DNA of 32,000 bases from Allobaculum fili (GCF_020969955.1 NZ_JAHDSX010000009.1:1-32000); one strand, 5' to 3'; positions 22,352-31,174 are shown, counted from the stretch's first letter. Notes: generated by a model from the sequence alone, not told the origin. A program made the numbers and translations.

Positions 22352-23602
22352 CTAATTTCCATAGAAGACAATACCGTCATTCTGCCATCCGGTGGAGACA
22401 AGATAATCTTTTTCTTCTTCAGAAATAGTATATAAATGAGAACCTGTAGTCGCATTAGGATTGTATAAGCGATAGACTGGATAACCAGTTAAATCTGTTC
22501 CCCAAGCAATTCCTTCATAAAGCCAGCCTGAGTTTTCCAGGAAGGTACGCTCATTTTCGTTCATCGTGAACAGATGATCTCCGGCATTAGGATTATAAAG
22601 CTGATATACGTTATAGCCGGCATCATTTCCAAACCATGCACAGTTTTCATATATCCAGCCAGCACTCATAAGCGAATATACTTCTTTTCCTTTGGCTGTA
22701 TAGTAATGCTCTCCACTATTGGGGTTATATAGACGGAATACAGACTGAGTACGCATATTCCAAGATGAAATTGTTGAATATTTTTCATCATTGATACGAA
22801 CTCCAAAATTTCCTGTATCTGATCCATATCCATGTACGCCTACAACCTGGTTTGACTGATTATAGATCGGGCTTCCGCTTTGGCCGCCCGTTGAATCAAG
22901 ATCATAGTAAATGAAATCCTGTGTAAGAGATTTAATGCTTCCTGAGATTGTCCACATATTATGGGAACGAGTGACCGTTTTTACATCAGAAGGATATTCT
23001 GAGATGGAAATCTGGGTACTTGTCGAGAGGCTTTTACTTAGTGAAAGAGTACCGGTCTTATACCCAATAGGCTTTTCCAGTTTGATAATTCCAATATCAT
23101 CCGATGTTTCCTCGTTTGATGTCCAATTGTTTGGGACAATGAGTCTAGATGCAACAGCGGATCCATAAGGGGTTTTTAGTTCTGTTTGACCAGGATAGAC
23201 AGTTACTTCTTTTGCCCAGCCTCTTTCCAAATCGTAAAGACAATGAGCACTCGTCAGGACGGTATCTTCATCGATTAAGCAGCCAGAGCCCCTATAGTTT
23301 TTTTCTTCGCCCCCTTCTTCAAAAACCATGTTCAAAAATACAATGGATTTGAACGGGGCTACTTCTGTGTTTTCTACGAGAACACGATCGTCATTGCCAA
23401 TAATGTTCTCTGCGTTTTCCAAAGTGCCTTGTGTTTTGGAAAGAGTTGTACCTTCGGATACGGGACCAGAACCATGCTCAGTATTATGGATATCCCAGGC
23501 TTTTGAATCATTTGAAGCTTCTTCTTGAGCGGCATAAGCGTTGATGGGCATAGCCAGTATTAATGCAGCACACATCAGGGAAGAAGCAAATTTCTTTCTC
23601 AT
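22352..23602 (-). CDS. secreted S1B (V8/glutamyl-endopeptidase-like) serine protease fused to three C-terminal YNPN/GW repeats
   Basis: A signal peptide is present (MRKKFASSLMCAALILAMPINAYA). The catalytic triad contexts are VLTSAHC, DIGIIKL and GGQSGSPIY. The repeats are VFRLYNPNSGEHYYT..., VYQLYNPNAGDHLFT... and VYRLYNPNATTGSHLYT.... The start is set at the ATG at 23602 rather than the TTG at 23626. Confidence 0.85.
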   Translation of the reverse strand: MRKKFASSLMCAALILAMPINAYAAQEEASNDSKAWDIHNTEHGSGPVSEGTTLSKTQGTLENAENIIGNDDRVLVENTEVAPFKSIVFLNMVFEEGGEEKNYRGSGCLIDEDTVLTSAHCLYDLERGWAKEVTVYPGQTELKTPYGSAVASRLIVPNNWTSNEETSDDIGIIKLEKPIGYKTGTLSLSKSLSTSTQISISEYPSDVKTVTRSHNMWTISGSIKSLTQDFIYYDLDSTGGQSGSPIYNQSNQVVGVHGYGSDTGNFGVRINDEKYSTISSWNMRTQSVFRLYNPNSGEHYYTAKGKEVYSLMSAGWIYENCAWFGNDAGYNVYQLYNPNAGDHLFTMNENERTFLENSGWLYEGIAWGTDLTGYPVYRLYNPNATTGSHLYTISEEEKDYLVSTGWQNDGIVFYGN

Positions 23603-24202
23603 ATAATAATTTTCAGTACCTAACAAAGGAGACTAGTTCACTAGGGTTACCTGTGTCTCGAAAATAGTTCTCTCTATGCCAGCATGAAATCGTTCAATTC
23701 ATTGGCTAATATCACGACAGGGTGACTATATAGAAAGAAAGACTGAGCTTATTTAATGATTTTATTTTCTACCTTGTTATCCCTCCTGTTCTTTTTTGTA
23801 ACAAAAGGGATTTGTCCATTTGATCCAGTAATAGGAATCGACACTTCAGTTGCTGATTGTCGATTTCTGGGGGTTTTACGGCATATACACAAAATGAATG
23901 GATGCTAATACATTCGAGGAGAGGTATAGCCTTTGATTAGAATAAGCTGCCAGTTTCTTTGCTAATAGAATCCTTTCTTGGTTATAGTTTATGGCTGATG
24001 TATCCGCCTATCAAGATTAGAATTTAATTTTTAGACAGTTTAATATTTTTATACATTCATTTTGAAATTTTTAAAAGAAAACTACACCCCGTAAGGTGGA
24101 CACGAAAGTGTGCCAGCCTATTTCTTTTACAGGCTATAACTACCAGTATTGATAGTTTTCCTTTTGCATCTGCTCCATACTCTCTGCGTATACTGAGACT
24201 GT

Positions 24203-24886
24203 ATGAACTATTCAGCCATCGTTTTAGCCGCCGGCAAGGGCAGCCGCAGCGGCCTTTCCTATAACAAAGTTCTCTATTCGTATCAGAACGAGCCCATTCT
24301 TATGCGCAGTCTGCGTCTTTTTCAGTCGGATCCCGATTGCCGGCAGATTGTTGTCGTATGCGCCCAGAGCGAGAAAGAAGAATTTGAGACACGCTTTAAA
24401 TCGACAGGGTGTGAATTCGCGATCGGCGGAAAAGAGCGGCAGGATTCCGTTCTGGCCGGTCTGAAGAAGGTTCGTGAACCGTATGTGATGATCCATGACG
24501 GCGCCAGACCGTTTTGCACGCGAGCCCTGCTTGAACGGATTAAAACCGCGCTTCGCTATGCCCAGGGCGTCATTCCGGGGGTGGCTGTGACGGATACGAT
24601 CAAGCAGGTGGATGAAAACGGCATGGTCATCGCAACGCCCGTCCGCTCCACGCTGCGCGCGGTGCAGACCCCGCAGGCCTTTGCGACCGAACAGATTCAA
24701 ACGGCGCTGGAAATCGTGCGCGAAAAGCACTGGCAGGTCACCGACGATGCGCAGGCGATGGAACTGGCTTTGCAGATTCCCTCATATGGCGTGGAAGGCG
24801 ATCCGGAAAACTTTAAAGTGACTTCCCGCCAGGATCTCGAACGGCTCGAAGAGCGTGAGAAATTTCGAATGGATGAAGCCGGCTGA
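24203..24886 (+). CDS. ispD: 2-C-methyl-D-erythritol 4-phosphate cytidylyltransferase family (IspD/TarI-type)
   Basis: The N-terminus AIVLAAGKGSRSG...NKVL and the motif MIHDGARPF are typical of IspD-type cytidylyltransferases. No SD is present, and TATACT lies 8 nt upstream of the ATG. Confidence 0.75.
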   Translation: MNYSAIVLAAGKGSRSGLSYNKVLYSYQNEPILMRSLRLFQSDPDCRQIVVVCAQSEKEEFETRFKSTGCEFAIGGKERQDSVLAGLKKVREPYVMIHDGARPFCTRALLERIKTALRYAQGVIPGVAVTDTIKQVDENGMVIATPVRSTLRAVQTPQAFATEQIQTALEIVREKHWQVTDDAQAMELALQIPSYGVEGDPENFKVTSRQDLERLEEREKFRMDEAG

Positions 24887-24998
24887 AGCGCAGATCTGCA
24901 GAAATACCGAAATGCAGAAACGGGCTAGATCAGCCCAAGCTTCACGGTCTGGCGCGCTATCGCTTCGTTCAGCCGGTACGCATTTATAACAGAAACAC

Positions 24999-25076
24999 AA
25001 AAAGAACCGTTTTTCAGACGGCCAGAGCCTGGATTTGAGGCTAAGGCGGTCAAAGGAAAAACGGTTCTTTTGTTTT
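24999..25076. terminator. bidirectional intrinsic terminator (compound hairpin) between ispD and the ABC operon
   Basis: The sequence reads AAAAGAACCGTTTTT...(about 42-nt loop with an inner hairpin AGCCT..AGGCT)...AAAAACGGTTCTTTTGTTTTT. Confidence 0.7.
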
Positions 25077-25106
25077 TGAACAGCTAAAAAAGAGAACTGG
25101 GCGATC

Positions 25107-25727
25107 CTAAAATTCTTCTCTGGAAAGAAGCCGTCCGGAAAGCCAGAAGGACAGACACAGAAGGCCAATACAGAGAAGGGTGGCGATTACGCCCAGAACC
25201 AGGGCGTGTGACAGGATTTTCTGAACAGCCTGGGGATGTTCCGTCAGATAATCCATGAGCCAGATGGAAGCCAGCGCAAGAAGAGCGACGGCGATCATCA
25301 GCGCCTGAGAAGCGGCCTGTTTAAACCGGATATAAAAAGGAATCAGAATCGCGGCAAGCAGAAGGCAGATGACGGAGGCAAGCCAGACGAGAAGAAGCAG
25401 TTCGTTCATCGACAGATCCCGCTGAAGACAGGCAATGCCAAAGCACACCGCCATGGTCATGGCCCAGCAGGCCAGCACAAACAGATACTTCTCGATCAGA
25501 TAGTCCTTGCGGGAAAAGGGAAGCGTAAAGAGAAAGCGGGCGGATTTGCCGGAGACGCCTTCCAGTACGCGGCGCGTGGAGAGGATGGTCAGAAACAGCG
25601 GGAAGTAAAGAATCAGAAAAGAGGACTGGCCCGAAAACAGAAAGCATACGATCAGAAACGCCATCATGAGCAGAAACCGCTTCTGCGATTTGAACCAGAT
25701 CCAGTCGGATGTCCATAAGCCTTTCAT
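25107..25727 (-). CDS. ABC-2-type transporter permease (6 TM)
   Basis: This hydrophobic protein of about 206 aa lies downstream of the ATPase. The ATG at 25727 has an AAAGGA SD 8 nt upstream. The ATG at 25748 in the ORF track has no SD. Confidence 0.7.
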   Translation of the reverse strand: MKGLWTSDWIWFKSQKRFLLMMAFLIVCFLFSGQSSFLILYFPLFLTILSTRRVLEGVSGKSARFLFTLPFSRKDYLIEKYLFVLACWAMTMAVCFGIACLQRDLSMNELLLLVWLASVICLLLAAILIPFYIRFKQAASQALMIAVALLALASIWLMDYLTEHPQAVQKILSHALVLGVIATLLCIGLLCLSFWLSGRLLSREEF

Positions 25728-25731
25728 AAAA

Positions 25732-26583
25732 TTATTCCTTTCTTCCATCGGCCGCGATCAGCAGCAAATCGTCAATGCTACCTTTGGCCGCGGGATACTG
25801 CGGATAGTTGTCCTGATAAAACTGTCGATCGCTCACAAGCACGCGAACGGTATTTCCAAATGGGGCATGGGCGAAGACTGCGCTCTTGTCGAGGGCTTCA
25901 TACTGCGCTTGATCCAGAGTGAGTATGCCCCATTCTTCCTGAAGCTCGTCGACGTTTTCGTGCAGGCACAGGCGGCCGTCGTGAATCATCCACAGATCGT
26001 CGCAGAGCGTTTCGAGATCGGAAGCAATATGCGAGCTGATCAGAATGGAGCGGCCGTCTTCCATCATGTACTCCTGCAGCAGGCCAAAAATTTCCTGTCG
26101 GGCTGCGATATCGAGGCCTGCAGTCGGCTCATCGAGAAGCAGAAAGCGGGGATGGTGGCTGAGGGCGGCGATGACTTTGCTCATGGCGCGCATGCCGTTG
26201 GAAAACGCGGAAAGCGGCTTGTGTTCGGGCAGACGCATTTTCGAGATCAGTGCCTTCCAGTACGGCCAATCAAACGTGGGATAGTACGCGGCCAGAATGC
26301 GGGCAATGTCGCTCAGACAGAGCGTTTCGGGAAAGCCGCTGTCCGCAAGCACGACGCCGATCTGCTGCTTTACGGAAACCGGAAGCGTTCCGGTGTTTGG
26401 ATCGAGCAGGGAGATTGTTCCCTGTTCGGGCTTTTTCAGACCGAGAAGCAGGCGGAAGAGAGTCGTTTTGCCGGACCCGTTCAGGCCGACCAGAGCGGTC
26501 ATGGATCCTTCTTTTAAATAGAAATCGTCGATCTGCAGCGTGAACGACGGAAAACGGCAGAGCGCATTTTGAATCTGAATCAT
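25732..26583 (-). CDS. ABC transporter ATP-binding protein
   Basis: Walker A is GLNGSGKTT and Walker B is FLLLDEPTAGLD. The H-loop context is SSHIASD. The start overlaps the regulator stop (ATGA). Confidence 0.9.
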   Translation of the reverse strand: MIQIQNALCRFPSFTLQIDDFYLKEGSMTALVGLNGSGKTTLFRLLLGLKKPEQGTISLLDPNTGTLPVSVKQQIGVVLADSGFPETLCLSDIARILAAYYPTFDWPYWKALISKMRLPEHKPLSAFSNGMRAMSKVIAALSHHPRFLLLDEPTAGLDIAARQEIFGLLQEYMMEDGRSILISSHIASDLETLCDDLWMIHDGRLCLHENVDELQEEWGILTLDQAQYEALDKSAVFAHAPFGNTVRVLVSDRQFYQDNYPQYPAAKGSIDDLLLIAADGRKE

Positions 26584-26960
26584 GAGAGGTCTCCTTCCAG
26601 AAGCAGATGAACGATTTCGAGAATCTGTTCTTTGGAAAAATTCATTCGCAAAGCTTTTTGAATGGCGGCTTCAAAGGCGTCTTCTACCTGCTTCTGCATT
26701 TCTTCCTGGATCACGTTTCCCGAGATTTTCTCGACGAACGTGCCTTTGCCCTGAACCGTTTTGACAAAGCCTTCCGTTTCGAGAAGGTCGTACGCCTTTT
26801 TCACGGTCAGCGCGGAGATGTGGTATTCGCGGGCGATGGCCCGAATGGAAGGAAGCAGTTCGAGCGGTGCTAATTTCTGCTCCTTGATCTGCAGACGGAT
26901 CTGATCGGCGATCTGTTCGTAGATCGGCGTCATGGAAGAGGGAAGTATTTGCAAAAGCAT
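26580..26960 (-). CDS. GntR-family (YtrA-subfamily) transcriptional regulator
   Basis: The 126-aa protein reads PIYEQIADQIRLQIKEQKLAPLELLPSIRAIAREYHISALTVKKAYDLLETEGFVKTVQGKGTFV. Its short C-terminal helices are typical of the YtrA type. It is the first gene of the ABC operon. An AAAGGA SD is present. Confidence 0.85.
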   Translation of the reverse strand: MLLQILPSSMTPIYEQIADQIRLQIKEQKLAPLELLPSIRAIAREYHISALTVKKAYDLLETEGFVKTVQGKGTFVEKISGNVIQEEMQKQVEDAFEAAIQKALRMNFSKEQILEIVHLLLEGDLS

Positions 26961-27055
26961 AAGCCGTGTCCTTTCCGGAATCCCTGTCCGGTCTGGATTC
27001 CTTGCGTAAACAGTATAGAACAGTTAAACAGTTGAAGTAAACACAATATAACAGC

Positions 27056-27091
27056 ACAAACACATTTTCGAGTACAAACACATTTTCGAGA
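27056..27091. repeat. 18-bp tandem direct repeat (2 copies, 17/18 identical) upstream of the ytrA-like operon
   Basis: The copies are ACAAACACATTTTCGAGT and ACAAACACATTTTCGAGA. A third partial TTCGAGT lies at 27094..27100. Confidence 0.9.
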
Positions 27092-27267
27092 CGTTCGAGT
27101 CGGCGCTCTCGGCCCTCAGCTCCTTTCTGCGTTTTGGGAGAAAGGGGCTTGTCCTTTCTGCTGGAGGCAAAAGCAGAATCAGACATCTTCTTTGCTACAT
27201 ATTCCGGAATCTTGCAGGGCGGTAAGAGAAGTACCCCAGACATTAAGGAAATGTTCAGACGTCGTTT

Positions 27268-27296
27268 TTGATCGGTTTCGATTCCTTTTCTACAAT
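27268..27296 (+). promoter_or_regulatory. sigma-70 promoter TTGATC-N17-TACAAT placed 6 nt upstream of the ATPase ATG, predicting a leaderless mRNA
   Basis: TTGATC lies at 27268..27273, followed by a 17-nt spacer and TACAAT at 27291..27296. ACGGGT then precedes the ATG at 27303. No SD is present. Confidence 0.5.
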
Positions 27297-27302
27297 ACGG
27301 GT

Positions 27303-29702
27303 ATGACGCCACTCAAATACGATTCGCCAACTTCCCTTACTCAAGGTCTGTCTGCCGCGCAGGCATCTAAGGCCAAACCGAACACGATGGAAAACCGCCA
27401 TCAGGAAAGTACGGGCGAACTGATGCTTTCTCAGTTTTTTACCTTTTTTAATATCGTCAACTACATTCTCGCGGGCCTGATTATTCTGACGGGCAGCTAT
27501 CGCAACCTGCTGTTCATGGTTGTGGTGATTTCCAATACGCTGATCGGTCTGATTCAGAAAATCCGCTCGCGCCGCACGCTCAATAAGCTCGCGCTCATTC
27601 ATCAACAGACGTATTCCGTTTTGCGCGATGGGAAATGGGAGCCGCTTCCGGTGGATCAGATCGTGCAGAACGATATCCTCCGTCTTTCGAGCGGCGCGCA
27701 GATTCCGTGCGACTGCCGCATTCGCGAAGGGTTCTGCCAGGTGAACGAATCGCTGCTCACCGGCGAATCCGACGCGCTCGATCGAAGCGCCGGTCAGGAT
27801 TTGTACGGCGGCTGCTTCCTGGTCAGCGGCAGCGTGCTTGTGCAGGCTATCGCGGTCGGCGACGATCAGTACATGGCCTCGATTTTGCACGATGCGCGCA
27901 AGGATAAGGAAAGAGTGTCCCAGCTGCAGGAAATGCTGGATATGCTGATCAAGTTCTGCACGCTCATGCTCGTTCCTGCCGGCGTTCTTCTCTTTCTCAA
28001 ACTGTTTTTCTACACCCGGCTGCCGCTCAATTCGGCCATTCTGAATACGTGCGCGTCGGTCATCGGCATGATCCCGGAAGGGCTGATGATTTTAACGTCG
28101 ACCGCTCTGGCGGCGGCTTCGGTCAAGATGGCCAGACAGGCCGTGCTCATTCACGATCTGTATTCGGTCGAAAGTCTGGCGCGCGTCGATACGCTCTGCC
28201 TCGATAAAACCGGAACGATTACCAGCGGCAACATGCACGTGCAGGCGTTTCTTCCTCAGGGAGAGGAAACGCAGGAACAGCTGAAACAGGATCTGGCGGA
28301 TCTGTTTGGATCGCTTGGCGATGACAATGTGACGGCCAAGGCGCTGCGGACGGCTTTGCAGGACTGGCATTCCCGCCAGAAAGCGGCCCGGACGTTTCCG
28401 TTTTCGTCCACAGCCAAATGTTCCGGCGCTGTCTTTGGCGATCAGACGTACCTGATTGGCGCCTACACCTTTCTGTTTGCTCATCCCGATCCGGCCGTGC
28501 TCGATCAGATCGAAGACTATGCCGCCAGAGGGCTGCGCGTTCTCGCCTTTGCCAAAGGACCCGAACTGTCTGCTCTAAAAAAAGGGGACTATACCCTTTG
28601 CGGTCTGATTTTAATCGAAGACGAACTTCGCCCGGATGCCCCGCAGATTCTCGATTACTTCCGTACGCAGGATGTGTCGATTAAAGTCATTTCCGGCGAC
28701 ATGGCGCAGACCGTGCAGGCGATTGCCGGCCGGGCTGGCGTAAAGGGAAAGACGATCGACATGCAAAACGTCTCAGACGATCAGATTGAAGACGTGGTCT
28801 CTGCTTATTCGATTTTCGGCCGCGTCAGTCCGGTGCAGAAAAAATTGATGGTCGAAGCCTTGCAGAAGCAGGGGCATACCGTCGGCATGACGGGCGATGG
28901 CGTCAATGACGTCATGGCGCTCAAGCAGGCGGACTGTTCCATCGCCATGGGCAGCGGCGCGCAGGCCGCGCTGGCGGTTTCTTCCTTTGTGCTGCTCAAC
29001 AACCAGTTTTCGGTTTTGCCGCGCATCGTGCTCGAAGGCCGTCGCGTCGTCAATAACATTCAGCGCACGGCGTCGCTGTTTCTGGTCAAGACGATTTTCT
29101 CCTTTATTCTGTGCGTGCTGACGGTGCTGTGGATGCGTTCCTATCCGTTCATCCCGATTCAGCTGACGCTCGTTTCCTCTTTAGGCACAGGCATTCCGGC
29201 GTTCATTCTTACTTTTGAAAACGATACGAAACGCATACAGGGCAACTTCCTGGTCAGCGTGCTTTCGCGCGCCACGCCCGGCGCGCTGAGCGTCTGCCTG
29301 TCGATTGCGACGGCCTACATTTTATATGTCACGCAATGGATTCCTATGGATCAGGCGGCGTACCAGACGATCTGCACCATTCTCGCTTCGGTCAACGCGA
29401 TCGGCGTTCTTTACTGGATCTGCCGTCCGCTTTCGCTCGTGCGTCTGCTGGTGATTACGCTGTGTGCAGCCGGCTATGCTGGGGTCATGGTTTTCGTGCC
29501 GTCTCTGTTTTCGCTGGCCGCACTGAATCCGATGCAGCTGATTGCGGCCGGCGCCATCGCCCTTGGCGAGCTGTTTGTGCTTTCGCTTTTGCAGAAAGCC
29601 GACTGGAACCATCTGTACGCCCGGTTTCTGCCTTCCTTTCTGAAGGAAGAAAAGCAGATTCTGGCCCGGGAATACGCGTGTGAAGAAGACAGGGATTGCT
29701 AA
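27303..29702 (+). CDS. cation-translocating P-type ATPase (type II-like, HAD superfamily)
   Basis: The motifs LTGESD, MIPEGL, CLDKTGTITSGN and MTGDGVNDVMALKQAD are present, with about 10 TM helices. The start is set at 27303 (MTPLKYDSPTSLTQGLSAAQA...), matching the usual short N-terminus before the GLS/T motif. Confidence 0.9.
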   Translation: MTPLKYDSPTSLTQGLSAAQASKAKPNTMENRHQESTGELMLSQFFTFFNIVNYILAGLIILTGSYRNLLFMVVVISNTLIGLIQKIRSRRTLNKLALIHQQTYSVLRDGKWEPLPVDQIVQNDILRLSSGAQIPCDCRIREGFCQVNESLLTGESDALDRSAGQDLYGGCFLVSGSVLVQAIAVGDDQYMASILHDARKDKERVSQLQEMLDMLIKFCTLMLVPAGVLLFLKLFFYTRLPLNSAILNTCASVIGMIPEGLMILTSTALAAASVKMARQAVLIHDLYSVESLARVDTLCLDKTGTITSGNMHVQAFLPQGEETQEQLKQDLADLFGSLGDDNVTAKALRTALQDWHSRQKAARTFPFSSTAKCSGAVFGDQTYLIGAYTFLFAHPDPAVLDQIEDYAARGLRVLAFAKGPELSALKKGDYTLCGLILIEDELRPDAPQILDYFRTQDVSIKVISGDMAQTVQAIAGRAGVKGKTIDMQNVSDDQIEDVVSAYSIFGRVSPVQKKLMVEALQKQGHTVGMTGDGVNDVMALKQADCSIAMGSGAQAALAVSSFVLLNNQFSVLPRIVLEGRRVVNNIQRTASLFLVKTIFSFILCVLTVLWMRSYPFIPIQLTLVSSLGTGIPAFILTFENDTKRIQGNFLVSVLSRATPGALSVCLSIATAYILYVTQWIPMDQAAYQTICTILASVNAIGVLYWICRPLSLVRLLVITLCAAGYAGVMVFVPSLFSLAALNPMQLIAAGAIALGELFVLSLLQKADWNHLYARFLPSFLKEEKQILAREYACEEDRDC

Positions 29703-30004
29703 ACAGAAAACGCACTGAAAACAGGCCAATTATGAATTGCCATTGTAACAAAAGCCTCTCTTCTTCCCTCTATAAGACAGAATTTGTATAAGGTTGACGT
29801 TAAGGAAGGCTGGTTTCTTTTTTTTCTATCACAACAAATGATTTGAAATCGGGAGAAAAACAATCCGCCTGATTCAGTTTCACTGAGTAATGGATCTGGA
29901 AATATTTATCCCAGAAATTAACTGGATCACCAGAAATGTAAAAATAGAGACGTCCATAATGGTAATTAACAGCACCAAAACTGTTAACTTGTATTTCACC
30001 ATTT

Positions 30005-30532
30005 ATGTACATCTCTATTTCACTACGAACAGTGGCCAATGGCGTAATTATCGAAATCGATACTGAAAAAATCGAAAAAGAAGAGAAATACGACGGATAT
30101 TATTGCGTTGCTACTGCCCTGGAGTGGGAAGAATCCGAAATTCTCAAGGTATGTTCGCAGCGCTGGAAAATTGAAGACTGCTTTCGAATTATGAAGACGT
30201 ATTTCGATGCACGCCCTGTGTATCTTCAAAAAGACGAGAGAGTTAAAGTCCGCTTCCTGATCTGTTACATGGCATTAATGGTTTTTCGAATTCTAGAGAA
30301 GAAGCTGGATAATAAATTTACCTGTTGCGAAATCATATCTTCATTACGATCATTCAACTATTACGACCTGTCTGGCCAAGGATACAGTTATGCGTATGAG
30401 CCAACAGAACTCACTCGAAGCCTGGCTGAATTAATCTCATTAGACCTGAACAAAACTTTCCCCACCACCAGACAAATGAAGAAAGTTATACGAGAAAGCA
30501 AAAACAAAAAGTGCAGCTACAAAGCGGCATAA
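30005..30532 (+). pseudogene. 3' remnant of an IS1634/IS4-like DDE transposase gene
   Basis: Only the C-terminal part is present (EKYDGYYCVATAL...SQRWKIEDCFRIMKTYFDARPVYLQKDERVKVRFLICYMALMVFRILEKKL). There is no N-terminal DDE region and no inverted repeats were seen. It lies in an AT-rich patch. Confidence 0.65.
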
Positions 30533-30540
30533 AACTGAAA

Positions 30541-30579
30541 GGCGGTATCGACTTTAGATAAAGTAGATACCGCCTTTTT
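30541..30579 (+). terminator. intrinsic terminator after the transposase remnant
   Basis: The sequence reads GGCGGTATC-(16 nt)-GATACCGCC followed by TTTTT. Confidence 0.7.
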
Positions 30580-30688
30580 ATCCAAAAGAACTGGCAAAGA
30601 CCGGACTGTATCCAATAGGGAAAGGCTACGTGAATTAAAATATTCGCTACCGCCTCTATTTATATGTATTGTCGTTCCTATGTGTCAG

Positions 30689-31174
30689 CTAGTCAGTGAC
30701 GCGGATGGACTGAATGACCTGATCTTCGACGGGTTTGTCGAGGAAATCGGTGCGGGTCATGGCGACTTTGTTTACGCCTTCCATGCCTTCGGTTACTTTA
30801 CCGAACGCCGCATACTGTCCATCGAGATGCGGAGCATCGGCGTGCATGATGAAGAACTGGCTGCCGGCCGAGTCTGGACTGGCGGCACGGGCCATGGAGA
30901 GAACGCCGCGGGTGTGCTTGATGTCGTTTTGCGGGAAACCGTTGGCTTTGAATTCGCCGTGAATGGAATAGCCGGGGCCGCCGGTTCCGTTGCCTTTCGG
31001 GTCGCCGCCCTGAATCATGAAGCCCGGAATGACGCGGTGGAAAATCAGGCCGTCATAAAAGCCTTCGTTGGCGAGCTTTTCGAAGTTTTCGACGGTTTTC
31101 GGCGCTTTGTCCGGATAGAGCTCGCCCTTGATGATGTCGCCATTTTTCATGGTGATGGTAAAGTGTTTTGCCAT
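30689..31174 (-). CDS. ppiB: cyclophilin-type peptidyl-prolyl cis-trans isomerase
   Basis: The 161-aa protein contains [21 protein letters not shown] and [21 protein letters not shown] is present. Confidence 0.9.
   Translation of the reverse strand: MAKHFTITMKNGDIIKGELYPDKAPKTVENFEKLANEGFYDGLIFHRVIPGFMIQGGDPKGNGTGGPGYSIHGEFKANGFPQNDIKHTRGVLSMARAASPDSAGSQFFIMHADAPHLDGQYAAFGKVTEGMEGVNKVAMTRTDFLDKPVEDQVIQSIRVTD

Noticed and set aside
26961-27267. A metal riboswitch (Mn2+ yybP-ykoY or Mg2+ M-box) might lie upstream of the P-type ATPase.
   Set aside because: Hairpins exist (AGAAAGG..CCTTTCT and CTGC..GCAG). However, the conserved GGGGAGUAG / UUGACAUA (yybP) and M-box cores are absent. The best promoter also sits right at the ATG, which leaves no leader.
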